NCBI RefSeq assembly: GCF_000279145.1
Contig: NC_018178.1
Span: 2,653,800 to 2,685,799, forward strand
DNA: 32,000 nucleotides
Direction of reading: 5' to 3'
From: Melioribacter roseus P3M-2
Lineage (GTDB): Bacteria > Bacteroidota > Ignavibacteria > Ignavibacteriales > Melioribacteraceae
The number at the start of each line of letters is the position of its first letter. Position 1 is the stretch's first letter. Both the position numbers and the translations under genes were made by a program. Of this stretch, positions 1 to 9,528 are shown piece after piece. The notes under the pieces are model-generated. The model did no database searches and was not told the origin of the DNA. It saw nothing but the letters and a program-made list of their open reading frames with translations.

Positions 1-356
1 GTAAAAAATACGGACTTAAAGCAGACCGCAAAGAAGGTTTAACGGGGGTGTGGATAGAAGACCGCAAAATTGCCGCTATCGGAATTAAAGTGAGCCGCTG
101 GATTACGATGCACGGTTTTGCTTTCAATATCAATACGGATTTATCCCTCTTCGGAGGAATAATTCCATGCGGCATTAAAGATAAAGAAGTGACCTCGCTC
201 CAAAAGGAAACTGGCATAATGTACGATATTGAAGATATTAAGAAAGATTTGCTCGAAGAATTCGTACGAATTTTCGATTATCGGCATCATACCGAAATCG
301 ACAGAAGTCGCTTCATAAATTCAATAATAGAATTTGAAAGGGCGGAGCATGAATAA
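1..356 (+). CDS. lipB: Octanoyl/lipoyl transferase LipB, C-terminal part (5' end lies outside the window)
   Basis: Frame 3 is open from the window edge. The translation ..[44 protein letters not shown] shows the LipB KIAAIG Lys region and the PCG Cys motif. The ORF-track start at 48 is an internal GTG. Confidence 0.85.
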   Translation, partial: KKYGLKADRKEGLTGVWIEDRKIAAIGIKVSRWITMHGFAFNINTDLSLFGGIIPCGIKDKEVTSLQKETGIMYDIEDIKKDLLEEFVRIFDYRHHTEIDRSRFINSIIEFERAEHE

Positions 357-2427
357 AGATAAATCCGAGCTAATACTAAACGAAGAATTAACTCCCACGG
401 GTAAAAAAGATTCATTCGGAGGAATGAACAAAAAGGAATTGTTGAATGTCCTTCGACTGATGATTATGTCCCGTACTATCGACGACAAGCAGATGACCTT
501 GTTGAAACAGGGGAAGACGTTTTTTCACATACCCGGTTCCGGACACGAAGCCGCTCAGGTGGCGTTCGGACTTCAATTAAAAAAAGGAATCGATTGGGCA
601 TATCCGTATTACAGAGATTTGGCTTTCATGCTGGCTGCGGGCACAAAACCCGAAGACGTATTCCTTCATTTCCTCGCCCGGAAAAACGACCCGATGTGCG
701 GAGGCAGACAAATGCCGTGTCATTGGTCGTCAAAAGAATTAAACGTTCCTACTCAATCGAGCCCCACGGGTACTCAATTTTTACAAGCAGTCGGCACGGC
801 ATTGGCATTGAAGAAAGAAGGCAGGGAAGGCGTGGTTTATGTTAGCAGCGGGGAAGGCGCCACTTCCGAAGGAGAATTTTTCGAAGCTGTCAATTGGGCA
901 AGCCGCGAAAAACTTCCGGTCGTTTTTTTGATCGAAAATAATAAATGGGCTATTTCTGTTCCCGTCGAAAATCAAAATGCGGGCAGGAATTCGTCGGTCT
1001 CGGAGTTGCTGAAAGGTTTCGAAAATTTACTCCGTTTCGAGGTAGACGGCACCGATTTTCTCAAAGTACATGCTATTGCAAAGTCGGCTTTCAAATACGC
1101 GCGCAGGGGCGATGGGCCGGCGCTCGTTGAAGCTCATGTAGTGCGGCTCTTTTCGCATTCCTCTTCGGACGACCAGAAAAAATATCGTCCCGCCGAATCG
1201 CTGGCGCAGGACGCTCAAAAAGACCCGATAAAATTATTCTCAAATTACTTGATCGAAAAGGGCTTTCTTAACGACCTGGCATTGGAGGAACTCTATAAAG
1301 AAGTACGAAATCATGTCAACGATGCGGCAGACTGGGCATTAAAACAGCCGGAGCCGGAGACAAACGCCGCAATAAAATATGTTTACGACGAGTCGGACAA
1401 AAAATCGAAACTTACTTACGAAAAATCAAAAAGCTACGGCAAAAATACCGTCATGGTCGACGCCATCAATCATGCTCTGAAAGAAGAACTCGAATTTAAC
1501 GATAAGATTTATATCTTCGGCGAAGACGTGGCGGACAAAAAAGGGGGAGTGTTCACTGCCACAAAAGGATTATCGACGCAGTTCGGAAACGAACGCGTTT
1601 TCAATTCGCCTTTGGCTGAAGCGAGCATAATAGGCGTTGCAATCGGAATGTCGCTGGCGGGACTTAAACCGTGCGTCGAAATTCAATTTGGCGATTATAT
1701 CTGGCCGGCTTTTATGCAGATAAGAGACGAGCTTGTTATGTATCGTTACCGCTCGAACAATCTGTTCGAAACCCCGGTGGTAATACGCGTTCCGGTAGGA
1801 GGATTTATTCACGGAGGATTGTATCACAGCCAGAATATCGAAGGTTTTTTTGCTCACATGCCCGGACTTTATATAGCCTACCCTTCGAACGCGGCTGATG
1901 CTAAAGGATTATTGAAAACCGCTCTTCGCATAAACGATCCGGTGTTGTTTTTGGAGCATAAAGGTCTTTACAGGCAGAGTTACGCTACGTCGCCCGAACC
2001 CGATGCGGGATATTTACTGCCGTTCGGAAAAGCCCGTAAAGTAACCGAAGGCTCGGATTTATCGGTTATTACTTACGGCGCAATGGTGCACGAATCGGCC
2101 TTCGCGGCAAAAAAACTGAAAGAAGAAGGATACTCTGTCGAAATTATCGACATACGAACAATTTCTCCGCTCGATTTCGAAGCCGTCGCCGAAAGCGTTA
2201 AAAAGACCGGTAAAGTCGCCGTAATTCACGAAGATACTCTTACTGCGGGATTCGGAGCCGAAATTGCCGCTCGCATCTCCGACGAGTGTTTCGAATTTCT
2301 CGACGCTCCCGTTAAAAGAATTGCCGCAAAAGACTCTCCAATTCCGTATGCTCCGAACCTCGAAAAATTTGTTCTGCCCGACAGAAATAAAATTTACGAC
2401 CGGCTTAAATTGTTATTGAAATATTAA
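349..2427 (+). CDS. 2-oxoacid (branched-chain/pyruvate family) dehydrogenase E1 component, fused alpha+beta subunits
   Basis: The N-terminal half has an E1-alpha ThDP-binding signature ([20 protein letters not shown]). The C-terminal half has an E1-beta signature ([41 protein letters not shown]). The ATG at 349 overlaps the lipB stop by 8 nt; an alternative TTG lies at 334. Confidence 0.9.
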   Translation: MNKDKSELILNEELTPTGKKDSFGGMNKKELLNVLRLMIMSRTIDDKQMTLLKQGKTFFHIPGSGHEAAQVAFGLQLKKGIDWAYPYYRDLAFMLAAGTKPEDVFLHFLARKNDPMCGGRQMPCHWSSKELNVPTQSSPTGTQFLQAVGTALALKKEGREGVVYVSSGEGATSEGEFFEAVNWASREKLPVVFLIENNKWAISVPVENQNAGRNSSVSELLKGFENLLRFEVDGTDFLKVHAIAKSAFKYARRGDGPALVEAHVVRLFSHSSSDDQKKYRPAESLAQDAQKDPIKLFSNYLIEKGFLNDLALEELYKEVRNHVNDAADWALKQPEPETNAAIKYVYDESDKKSKLTYEKSKSYGKNTVMVDAINHALKEELEFNDKIYIFGEDVADKKGGVFTATKGLSTQFGNERVFNSPLAEASIIGVAIGMSLAGLKPCVEIQFGDYIWPAFMQIRDELVMYRYRSNNLFETPVVIRVPVGGFIHGGLYHSQNIEGFFAHMPGLYIAYPSNAADAKGLLKTALRINDPVLFLEHKGLYRQSYATSPEPDAGYLLPFGKARKVTEGSDLSVITYGAMVHESAFAAKKLKEEGYSVEIIDIRTISPLDFEAVAESVKKTGKVAVIHEDTLTAGFGAEIAARISDECFEFLDAPVKRIAAKDSPIPYAPNLEKFVLPDRNKIYDRLKLLLKY

Positions 2428-2439
2428 TGAGAGGTATTG

Positions 2440-4002
2440 ATGAAAGTCGAAATTATTATGCCGCAAATGGGGGAAAGTATTACCGAAGGAACGGTAATCA
2501 AATGGCATAAAAAAGTTGGCGAAGAAATTAAAAAAGACGAAATTTTATTCGAAATTAGCACGGACAAAGTCGATACCGAAGTGCCGAGTCCCGAAAACGG
2601 AATTCTTAAAGAAATTTTGGTAAAAGAAAACGAAACAGCAGAAGTTGGAAAAGTTGTAGCTGTTCTGGAAACTGATAATTCGGAATATGTCGATAAGGCA
2701 CAGGATACGCCGACAACAACTCAAGTGGGCGGCGAGATAGTCGATATTATTATGCCGAAAATGGGCGAGTCGATTACCGAAGGCGTTATAATCAAATGGC
2801 ATAAAAAAGCGGGCGACAAAGTAGCTAAGGACGAAATTCTTTTCGAAATAAGCACCGATAAAGTCGACACCGAAGTTCCTTCGCCCGAAGAAGGAATATT
2901 GACGGAAATCCTTTACGAGGAAAATCAAACCGTTGAAGTAGGACAGACTGTAGCAAAGCTTAAAACCACTACGGGCTTGCGTCCGGTAACTACCGCCGCA
3001 GAAACCGTTGAAATTGCGGAAGAGAAAGAAAAATCCGCCGCCGAAGAACCTTTAAGAAAGGAAGAGACTGCAAGCCGGAACGCAAATCGATTCTATTCGC
3101 CTTCCGTTATTAATCTTGCAAGAGCCGAAGGAATTCCTTTGAGCGAACTCGATACTTTAGAAGGCACGGGACTAAAAGGCAGGCTTACGAAAAAAGACCT
3201 CGAAAGATATATCGAGTCCCGGAAATCGGTCGCAATAAATCAGGACGTTAAGAAAACCGAACCGGCGTCTGTTTCTGAATACAAAAGGGTAAGTTCGGAC
3301 GGAGTTGAAATTATTCCGATGGATCATACAAGACGGCGAATTATGGAACATATGGTCAAAAGCCGCGATACTTCCGTGCATGTTACCGCAGTCGCCGAAG
3401 TCGATATGTCGGTTATTTATAATTTCATTAAAGAAAACAAAAACAAATTCGCTAAAGAAAACTTAAAGTTGACTTACATGCCGTTTATTGCTTTTGCGGC
3501 TGTTAAGGCTCTGCAGCAATACCCGTTGATGAATTCTTCGATCGAAGGCGCGAATATCGTGATGAAAAAATATATCAATCTTGGCATTGCCGTGGCTGTT
3601 GAGCCGAACGGATTGATCGTGCCGAACATTAAACACGCCGAAGAAAAAAGCGTTATCGGACTGGCAAAAGCTATAGCCGATTTGAGCGAGCGGACTCGCA
3701 CGAAGAAATTGCTTCCCGAAGACGTTCAGAACGGAACGTTTTCGATTACGAACTACGGCGTCTTCGGCACGTTGATCGGCACGCCGATTATTAATCAACC
3801 CGAAGTCGGTATCCTTGGAGTCGGAGCGGTCGTAAAGAAACCGGTTGTCGTAGAAAACGAAGGCGTCGAATCGATAGCCATTAAACCGATGATGTATTTA
3901 TCGCTGAGTCACGACCACCGTTTGATTGACGGAATGATTGGCAGTAAATTTCTTATGTCGATTAAACATATTTTGGAAAATTTCGATACAAGTTCTGTTT
4001 AA
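2440..4002 (+). CDS. Dihydrolipoamide acyltransferase (E2) with two tandem lipoyl domains
   Basis: There are two near-identical lipoyl domains (IIMPQMGESITEG..EISTDKV and IIMPKMGESITEG..EISTDKV, about 294 nt apart), a subunit-binding domain (SPSVINLARAEGIPLSEL..GTGLKGRLTKKDL) and the catalytic DHRLIDG motif. The ATG at 2440 is preceded by GAGG. Confidence 0.93.
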   Translation: MKVEIIMPQMGESITEGTVIKWHKKVGEEIKKDEILFEISTDKVDTEVPSPENGILKEILVKENETAEVGKVVAVLETDNSEYVDKAQDTPTTTQVGGEIVDIIMPKMGESITEGVIIKWHKKAGDKVAKDEILFEISTDKVDTEVPSPEEGILTEILYEENQTVEVGQTVAKLKTTTGLRPVTTAAETVEIAEEKEKSAAEEPLRKEETASRNANRFYSPSVINLARAEGIPLSELDTLEGTGLKGRLTKKDLERYIESRKSVAINQDVKKTEPASVSEYKRVSSDGVEIIPMDHTRRRIMEHMVKSRDTSVHVTAVAEVDMSVIYNFIKENKNKFAKENLKLTYMPFIAFAAVKALQQYPLMNSSIEGANIVMKKYINLGIAVAVEPNGLIVPNIKHAEEKSVIGLAKAIADLSERTRTKKLLPEDVQNGTFSITNYGVFGTLIGTPIINQPEVGILGVGAVVKKPVVVENEGVESIAIKPMMYLSLSHDHRLIDGMIGSKFLMSIKHILENFDTSSV

Positions 4003-4021
4003 TTCTAAATCCGGAGAATAA

Positions 4022-4927
4022 ATGAAAATCAATCAACATCAAAAGAATTTCAAAGAAGCAATTGAAAAGGAACGACAGGAACTGGGTAAGAGACCCGAGT
4101 GGCTGAAAGTACGGCTCCCTTCGGGCGAAAATTATAAAGACGTACATCGTTTGATGAGAAAATCGAAACTCAACACCGTTTGCGAAGAAGCAAAATGCCC
4201 GAATATCGCAGAGTGCTGGAACCGCAGAACAGCTACATTTATGATATTAGGAGACGTATGTACGAGGAGCTGCGGATTTTGTAACGTTAAACTGGGACTT
4301 CCTACCGAACTCGATCTCGACGAACCGAGACGCGTGGCTGAATCGGTCGAGCAGTTGAAATTAAATCACGTCGTAATTACTTCCGTCAACAGGGACGAAC
4401 TCAAGGACGGAGGCGCTTCGATTTTTTCGGAAACAGTCAGGCTCATTCGTTCTAAAATGCCATCTACGACGATTGAAATTTTAATCCCCGATTTTAAAGG
4501 CGAAACGGAAGCTTTCGAAATAATAATGCAAAATCCGCCCGACATTTTGAATCATAATCTGGAAACGGTCAAACGTCTTTACCATGCCGTACGCCCTCAG
4601 GCAAAATACGAAAGAAGCCTTAAGCTGATCGAATGGTTCAAGCAAAGGGGACTTAGAACAAAGAGCGGGATTATGGTCGGAATAGGCGAATCTAAAGAAG
4701 AAGTTTTCGATTTGATGAAAGATTTATACAATGCCGGCTGCGATATTATGACAATCGGTCAGTATTTGCAGCCCACAAAAAATCATTTGCCGGTGCACCG
4801 ATACGTTACTCTCGAAGAATTCAAGGAATACAAGGATTTCGGAATGAGCCTCGGGTTCAAAGCCGTCGAATCCTCGCCTTTGGTGCGCAGCTCGTATCAT
4901 GCTGATAAACACGCCGAATTGTCCTAA
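4022..4927 (+). CDS. lipA: Lipoyl synthase (radical SAM)
   Basis: Contains CEEAKCPNIAECW and the radical-SAM CTRSCGFC motif, with LipA-like length and a C-terminal SSY motif. Confidence 0.95.
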   Translation: MKINQHQKNFKEAIEKERQELGKRPEWLKVRLPSGENYKDVHRLMRKSKLNTVCEEAKCPNIAECWNRRTATFMILGDVCTRSCGFCNVKLGLPTELDLDEPRRVAESVEQLKLNHVVITSVNRDELKDGGASIFSETVRLIRSKMPSTTIEILIPDFKGETEAFEIIMQNPPDILNHNLETVKRLYHAVRPQAKYERSLKLIEWFKQRGLRTKSGIMVGIGESKEEVFDLMKDLYNAGCDIMTIGQYLQPTKNHLPVHRYVTLEEFKEYKDFGMSLGFKAVESSPLVRSSYHADKHAELS

Positions 4928-5154
4928 CCGCAAGAAATAGTTTTCTCAGGTTTGATAAGAGGATTCCGACTCCTTTTATGTGAGTTGTAAACTTTCGGTT
5001 TTAGGCTTTATTTTTTGTCGATAATTCTTATTTTAAACCATAGATTTTGACTCTAAACTTTGGCACGTTAGTTTCTTTAAAATAGATTTTAGAAGGAACT
5101 ATGATTTTGGCTCTAATTGAAATACTACAAAGATTAACCCCTAAACCGAAGAAA

Positions 5155-5182
5155 GGTTATAGCAAAACTATAACCTTTTTTT
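5155..5182 (+). terminator. Terminator-like hairpin plus T-run just upstream of the oxidoreductase operon
   Basis: GGTTATAG-caaaa-CTATAACC is followed by TTTTTTT. It lies 24 nt before the ATG at 5206, so it could end lipA transcription or act as an attenuator. Confidence 0.35.
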
Positions 5183-5205
5183 ATTTTAAATAAACCGAGG
5201 TAATT

Positions 5206-5496
5206 ATGGCAAAAGTAAAAGGCGATATCCTGATCGATATCGAGAAATGCAAAGGATGCGAGATATGCACGGTAGCATGCCCGCAGTCGACGCTAGAGCT
5301 TTCTCGAAAACTGAACTCAAAAGGATATCATTACGTCGTAAAAATCAAAGATAATTGCACCGGGTGTACTAACTGCGCTCTGGTTTGCCCAGAAGGCATT
5401 ATCAGAGTCTATCGCAAAACCGATAAAGCGAAAAAAGAACACCTTGCAACTATAACCGACGTCAAAAACGATATAACAGTAACGGTGCGGCAATGA
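5206..5496 (+). CDS. 2-oxoacid:ferredoxin oxidoreductase delta subunit (2x[4Fe-4S] ferredoxin, KorD/OorD-like)
   Basis: Two CxxCxxCxxxCP clusters (CKGCEICTVACP, CTGCTNCALVCP). It is the first gene of a coupled delta-alpha-beta-gamma set. Confidence 0.85.
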   Translation: MAKVKGDILIDIEKCKGCEICTVACPQSTLELSRKLNSKGYHYVVKIKDNCTGCTNCALVCPEGIIRVYRKTDKAKKEHLATITDVKNDITVTVRQ

Positions 5497-6566
5497 AAAA
5501 AGAACTCCGTTTAATGAAAGGAAACGAAGCTCTGGCCGAAGCTGCAATTCGCGCCGGCTGCGACGGTTATTTCGGTTATCCTATTACTCCGCAATCGGAA
5601 GTATTAGAGTATCTTTCAAAAGAAGCTTATAAAAGAACCGGTATGATAGTTCTACAGGCCGAAAGCGAAGTGGCTTCGATCAATATGGTCTACGGAGCCG
5701 CAGGCACCGGCAAAAAAGTAATGACCTCCTCGTCGTCTCCCGGAATCAGTCTGATGCAGGAAGGAATTTCTTACATCGCCTGCGCCGAACTGCCGTGTCT
5801 GATTGTCAACGTAATGAGAGGCGGTCCGGGTCTCGGCACGATTCAGCCTTCGCAAGGCGACTATTTCCAGGCTGTAAAAGGCGGCGGTCACGGCGACTAT
5901 AAACTGATTGTTCTCGCCCCGTCAACCGTTCAGGAAATGGTCGATTTTGTGCCTCTCAGTTTCGATCTCGCATTTAAATATAAAAATCCCGTTATGATTC
6001 TTGCCGACGGAGCGCTCGGACAAATGATGGAAAAAGTGGAACTCTTCGATCCGATTCCACGCAAAAACAATACAGAAGAATGGGCTACGGTGGGCAAACC
6101 GAAAAACAGAGAAAGAAATATTATCACTTCTCTTCACATCGAACCCGATAAGATGGAGGAGATAAATCATAAACTCCAGAAAAAGTACAAAGAAATCGAA
6201 GAGAATGAAGTCCGTTATGAAATGATTAACTGCGACGACGCGGATATAATTATCGTAGCGTTCGGACTAGTGGCAAGAATCAGTTCCAAGGCTGCGGAAT
6301 TAGCCCGCGAAAAAGGTTTGAAAGTCGGCGTCTTCAGACCGATTTCTCTCTATCCTTTCCCGTACGAAAAATTGAATCGACTTGCCGAGAATGTCAAAGG
6401 AATGCTGGTTACCGAAATGAACGCCGGTCAGATGGTCGAAGATGTTAAACTTGCCGTAAACGGCAAGACGGACGTGCATTTCTACGGCAGGATGGGAGGC
6501 ATCGTTCCATCGCCGGAAGAAATTCTGGCTCAACTTGAAGAAAAATTTTCGGGAGAATTGGTATGA
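5493..6566 (+). CDS. 2-oxoacid:ferredoxin oxidoreductase alpha subunit (KorA/OorA-like)
   Basis: Contains the GYPITPQSE motif typical of OFOR alpha subunits. ATGA overlap with the delta gene. Confidence 0.9.
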   Translation: MKKELRLMKGNEALAEAAIRAGCDGYFGYPITPQSEVLEYLSKEAYKRTGMIVLQAESEVASINMVYGAAGTGKKVMTSSSSPGISLMQEGISYIACAELPCLIVNVMRGGPGLGTIQPSQGDYFQAVKGGGHGDYKLIVLAPSTVQEMVDFVPLSFDLAFKYKNPVMILADGALGQMMEKVELFDPIPRKNNTEEWATVGKPKNRERNIITSLHIEPDKMEEINHKLQKKYKEIEENEVRYEMINCDDADIIIVAFGLVARISSKAAELAREKGLKVGVFRPISLYPFPYEKLNRLAENVKGMLVTEMNAGQMVEDVKLAVNGKTDVHFYGRMGGIVPSPEEILAQLEEKFSGELV

Positions 6567-7387
6567 CGGATAATAAATTGCAGGAAGAAAAACATTTCGA
6601 AGAAATGATTGCCGAAGAAAGCGTCTGTGTCGAAGAAAATCTGGTCTACGACAGACCTAAAACTTTGATCGACACAACGATGCATTATTGCCCGGGTTGC
6701 GGACACGGAGTTGCGCATCGCTTAATTGCCGAAGTTATCGACGAACTCGGAATTCAGGATAAAACAATCGGAGTGGCTCCGGTCGGTTGTTCCGTTTTCG
6801 CATACAACTATCTCGATATTGATATGTCGGAAGCCGCACACGGCAGGGCAACCGCTGTTGCAACGGGAATCAAAAGAATGCTGCCCGATAAATACGTTTT
6901 TTCTTATCAGGGCGACGGCGATTTGGCCGCTATCGGCACCGGGGAAACGATTCACACATGCAACCGCGGAGAAAACATTCTGATTATTTTTATCAATAAC
7001 GGCATTTACGGAATGACAGGCGGTCAGATGGCTCCGACTACGCTCGTCGGTATGAAATCGACTACCAGCCCCGAAGGCAGAATTCCCGAACTGATGGGAA
7101 ATCCATTGAAAATAACCGAGTTGATCGCACAATTGCCGGGAGTTTATTATTGCACTCGCGTTGCTGTCAATACCCCGAATAACGTAAGAAAAGCAAAGAA
7201 GGCAATTCTGAAAGGATTCCAGTATCAGGACCATAAAAAAGGTCTCTGCTTTGTAGAAATAGTTTCGAATTGTCCTTCCAACTGGAAAATGACTCCCGTA
7301 GAAGCGAATAAATGGCTCGAAGAAAATATGTTGCCTTTCTATCCGCTCGGCGACCTGAAAGTACCAGAAATCGAAGGAGGCAAATGA
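6563..7387 (+). CDS. 2-oxoacid:ferredoxin oxidoreductase beta subunit (ThDP-binding, KorB/OorB-like)
   Basis: Contains the YCPGCGHG and GDGD ThDP/Fe-S motifs. ATGA overlap with the alpha gene. Confidence 0.9.
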   Translation: MTDNKLQEEKHFEEMIAEESVCVEENLVYDRPKTLIDTTMHYCPGCGHGVAHRLIAEVIDELGIQDKTIGVAPVGCSVFAYNYLDIDMSEAAHGRATAVATGIKRMLPDKYVFSYQGDGDLAAIGTGETIHTCNRGENILIIFINNGIYGMTGGQMAPTTLVGMKSTTSPEGRIPELMGNPLKITELIAQLPGVYYCTRVAVNTPNNVRKAKKAILKGFQYQDHKKGLCFVEIVSNCPSNWKMTPVEANKWLEENMLPFYPLGDLKVPEIEGGK

Positions 7388-7950
7388 TGACCGAAGAAAT
7401 TATTATCGCGGGTTTCGGGGGACAGGGAGTTTTGTCGCTCGGACAGATTTTATGTTACGGCGGGGTGATTGAAGACAAAGAAGTAAGCTGGATGCCTTCA
7501 TACGGGCCGGAAATGAGAGGCGGCACGGCAAATTGTATTACAATTATCAGCGATTCTAAAATCAGTTCGCCCATCATATCGAAATTCGACACACTCATTG
7601 CGCTCAATCAGCCGTCGCTCGATAAATTCGAAAATTCGATTAAACCCGGCGGGCTGCTTATTTACGAAGCCAGTACGATATTGAATCCTCCCAAAAGGAC
7701 CGATATCGAAATCTTGCCTGTCGAAGCCGCCAACGAAGCCGCCAAATTAAAAAACACGCGCGTGATGAATATGGTTGTGCTGGGCGCATATCTCAAGAAA
7801 AAACCTGTTATTTCTTTCGATACGGCGCTCGAAGCCCTCAAAAAAGTATTGCCTGAAAGATATCATCATCTTATTCCGCTCAACAAACAGGCAATCGAAA
7901 AAGGAATGGAACTGGCGGAAAAAGTAGGCGATATTAATTATCAGAATTAA
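7384..7950 (+). CDS. 2-oxoacid:ferredoxin oxidoreductase gamma subunit (KorC/OorC-like)
   Basis: N-terminal IIIAGFGGQGV motif. The ATG at 7384 overlaps the beta stop (ATGA). The track's start at 7312 would overlap the beta gene by 76 nt and encodes an R-rich non-homologous leader. Confidence 0.88.
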   Translation: MMTEEIIIAGFGGQGVLSLGQILCYGGVIEDKEVSWMPSYGPEMRGGTANCITIISDSKISSPIISKFDTLIALNQPSLDKFENSIKPGGLLIYEASTILNPPKRTDIEILPVEAANEAAKLKNTRVMNMVVLGAYLKKKPVISFDTALEALKKVLPERYHHLIPLNKQAIEKGMELAEKVGDINYQN

Positions 7951-7975
7951 TTTTTGCCGGTTTTCTTATTGAAAT

Positions 7976-8028
7976 GTCGTCGACCTCCCGGGGATTTTGC
8001 ACTATCGGGGGTCGACGACGTTGTTTTA
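7976..8028 (+). terminator. Rho-independent terminator of the oxidoreductase operon
   Basis: A 13-bp GC-rich stem (GTCGTCGACCTCC / GGGGGTCGACGAC, with one G-T pair) is followed by GTTGTTTT. Confidence 0.8.
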
Positions 8029-8036
8029 AAAAAATG

Positions 8037-8065
8037 TTGCATTTATGAACTAAAATGTTGATATT
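8037..8065 (+). promoter_or_regulatory. Candidate CRISPR leader promoter (TTGCAT-N17-GATATT)
   Basis: Sigma70-like hexamers sit in the roughly 50-bp AT-rich leader between the terminator and the first repeat. This is sequence resemblance only, and FCB-group promoters may differ. Confidence 0.25.
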
Positions 8066-8072
8066 TTAACGG

Positions 8073-9492
8073 GTTTTAATCGCACTATTGTAGAATTGAA
8101 ATCTGTTTCCGACGTTTGTTGTTCCGTCGTTTGTTGTTGTTTTAATCGCACTATTGTAGAATTGAAATTTCGCAAAAGCGGAATTAGTCTCTGTGATTGC
8201 AACTCGTTTTAATCGCACTATTGTAGAATTGAAATTATCTTTCTATGTATGCTTTCTCTCGTGCTCTATCCGTTTTAATCGCACTATTGTAGAATTGAAA
8301 TATGCTCAACACATGGTATATGTGTATATGCGAAAACAGTTTTAATCGCACTATTGTAGAATTGAAATTAATTTACAAGCCCGTAGTCAAGCCCGCAAAA
8401 TTCGTTTTAATCGCACTATTGTAGAATTGAAATACGAAATGAAAATTTACAACATAGAACTCGATTACGTTTTAATCGCACTATTGTAGAATTGAAATAA
8501 CAATTCCACCCAGCCCGACGGCTCTCGCCTTCTCGTTTTAATCGCACTATTGTAGAATTGAAATATGGCAGCGAGTCGTTCGTCGTCGATTTCCTTAGCG
8601 TTTTAATCGCACTATTGTAGAATTGAAATAATCGACGATAAGCGAAATTGCGGAGGACTACGGCTGTTTTAATCGCACTATTGTAGAATTGAAATTATCT
8701 TTCTATGTATGCTTTCTCTCGTGCTCTATCCGTTTTAATCGCACTATTGTAGAATTGAAATATGCTCAACACATGGTATATGTGTATATGCGAAAACAGT
8801 TTTAATCGCACTATTGTAGAATTGAAATATATATGAGACATTGCGTCGGCGGATATTCTTCTCCGGGTTTTAATCGCACTATTGTAGAATTGAAATCTTA
8901 GTAAAACGTGGGAATATATCAGTGCGCTGGGAGTTTTAATCGCACTATTGTAGAATTGAAATAACACATGCTAATCATATTAGAAGAAACGCCCGGGTTT
9001 TAATCGCACTATTGTAGAATTGAAATGTACGGACAACCGCCAGAACATTATTATCTATTCGAGTTTTAATCGCACTATTGTAGAATTGAAATGCGCTACT
9101 TCTGCATGCGATTATCAGAATCGAGTCTGAGTTTTAATCGCACTATTGTAGAATTGAAATGAATACGATAATCCGTATGGAGACAAAGCGCTTTCGCGTT
9201 TTAATCGCACTATTGTAGAATTGAAATGCATTACGCCGTATTTGTCGAAGTCCAGTTTTTCGCGTTTTAATCGCACTATTGTAGAATTGAAATAGTTTTA
9301 CGTAAACAAGAAGGTTGTACAGAGGATATGTTTTAATCGCACTATTGTAGAATTGAAATGTCTTGTCTTTCGCTATTACTGCGCCTTCAAGTCGCGTTTT
9401 AATCGCACTATTGTAGAATTGAAATTTGTTATCTTGCGGACGCTATGTAAATCCTCTCTAATGTTTTAATCGCACTATTGTAGAATTGAAAT
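8073..9492 (+). CRISPR. CRISPR array: 22 identical 30-bp repeats plus a degenerate 23rd repeat at 9529, with 22 spacers of 34-38 bp (20 unique)
   Basis: The repeat GTTTTAATCGCACTATTGTAGAATTGAAAT starts at 8073, 8139, 8206, 8272, 8339, 8404, 8469, 8535, 8600, 8666, 8732, 8799, 8867, 8933, 8997, 9063, 9131, 9198, 9264, 9330, 9396 and 9463. The + orientation is inferred from the ATTGAAAT 3' end (a Cas6-type 8-nt handle, as in type I-B/III families) and from repeat degeneration at the right end. Confidence 0.97.
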
Positions 9493-9528
9493 TCAATCCT
9501 GAATCGAATGGGCTGTAGTAATACTTTG

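Noticed and set aside
6722-7234. 170-aa ORF antisense to the OFOR beta subunit, and similar antisense ORFs across the window (e.g. 2545..2928, 3463..3798, 12500..12931, 16826..17605, 22879..23334)
   Set aside because: All lie opposite strongly supported genes, have unnatural composition and show no motifs. They are shadow ORFs.
7312-7383. Upstream start of the OFOR gamma-subunit ORF (MARRKYVAFLSARRPESTRNRRRQ)
   Set aside because: It overlaps the beta-subunit coding region in another frame. The ATGA-coupled start at 7384 matches the pattern of the other junctions and the conserved GFGGQG N-terminus.
8103-8138. Spacer 1 contains an internal near-duplication (CCGACGTTTGTTGTT / CCGTCGTTTGTTGTT)
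   Set aside because: It is a single short low-complexity spacer. This most likely reflects a repetitive protospacer and offers nothing further to test from this window.
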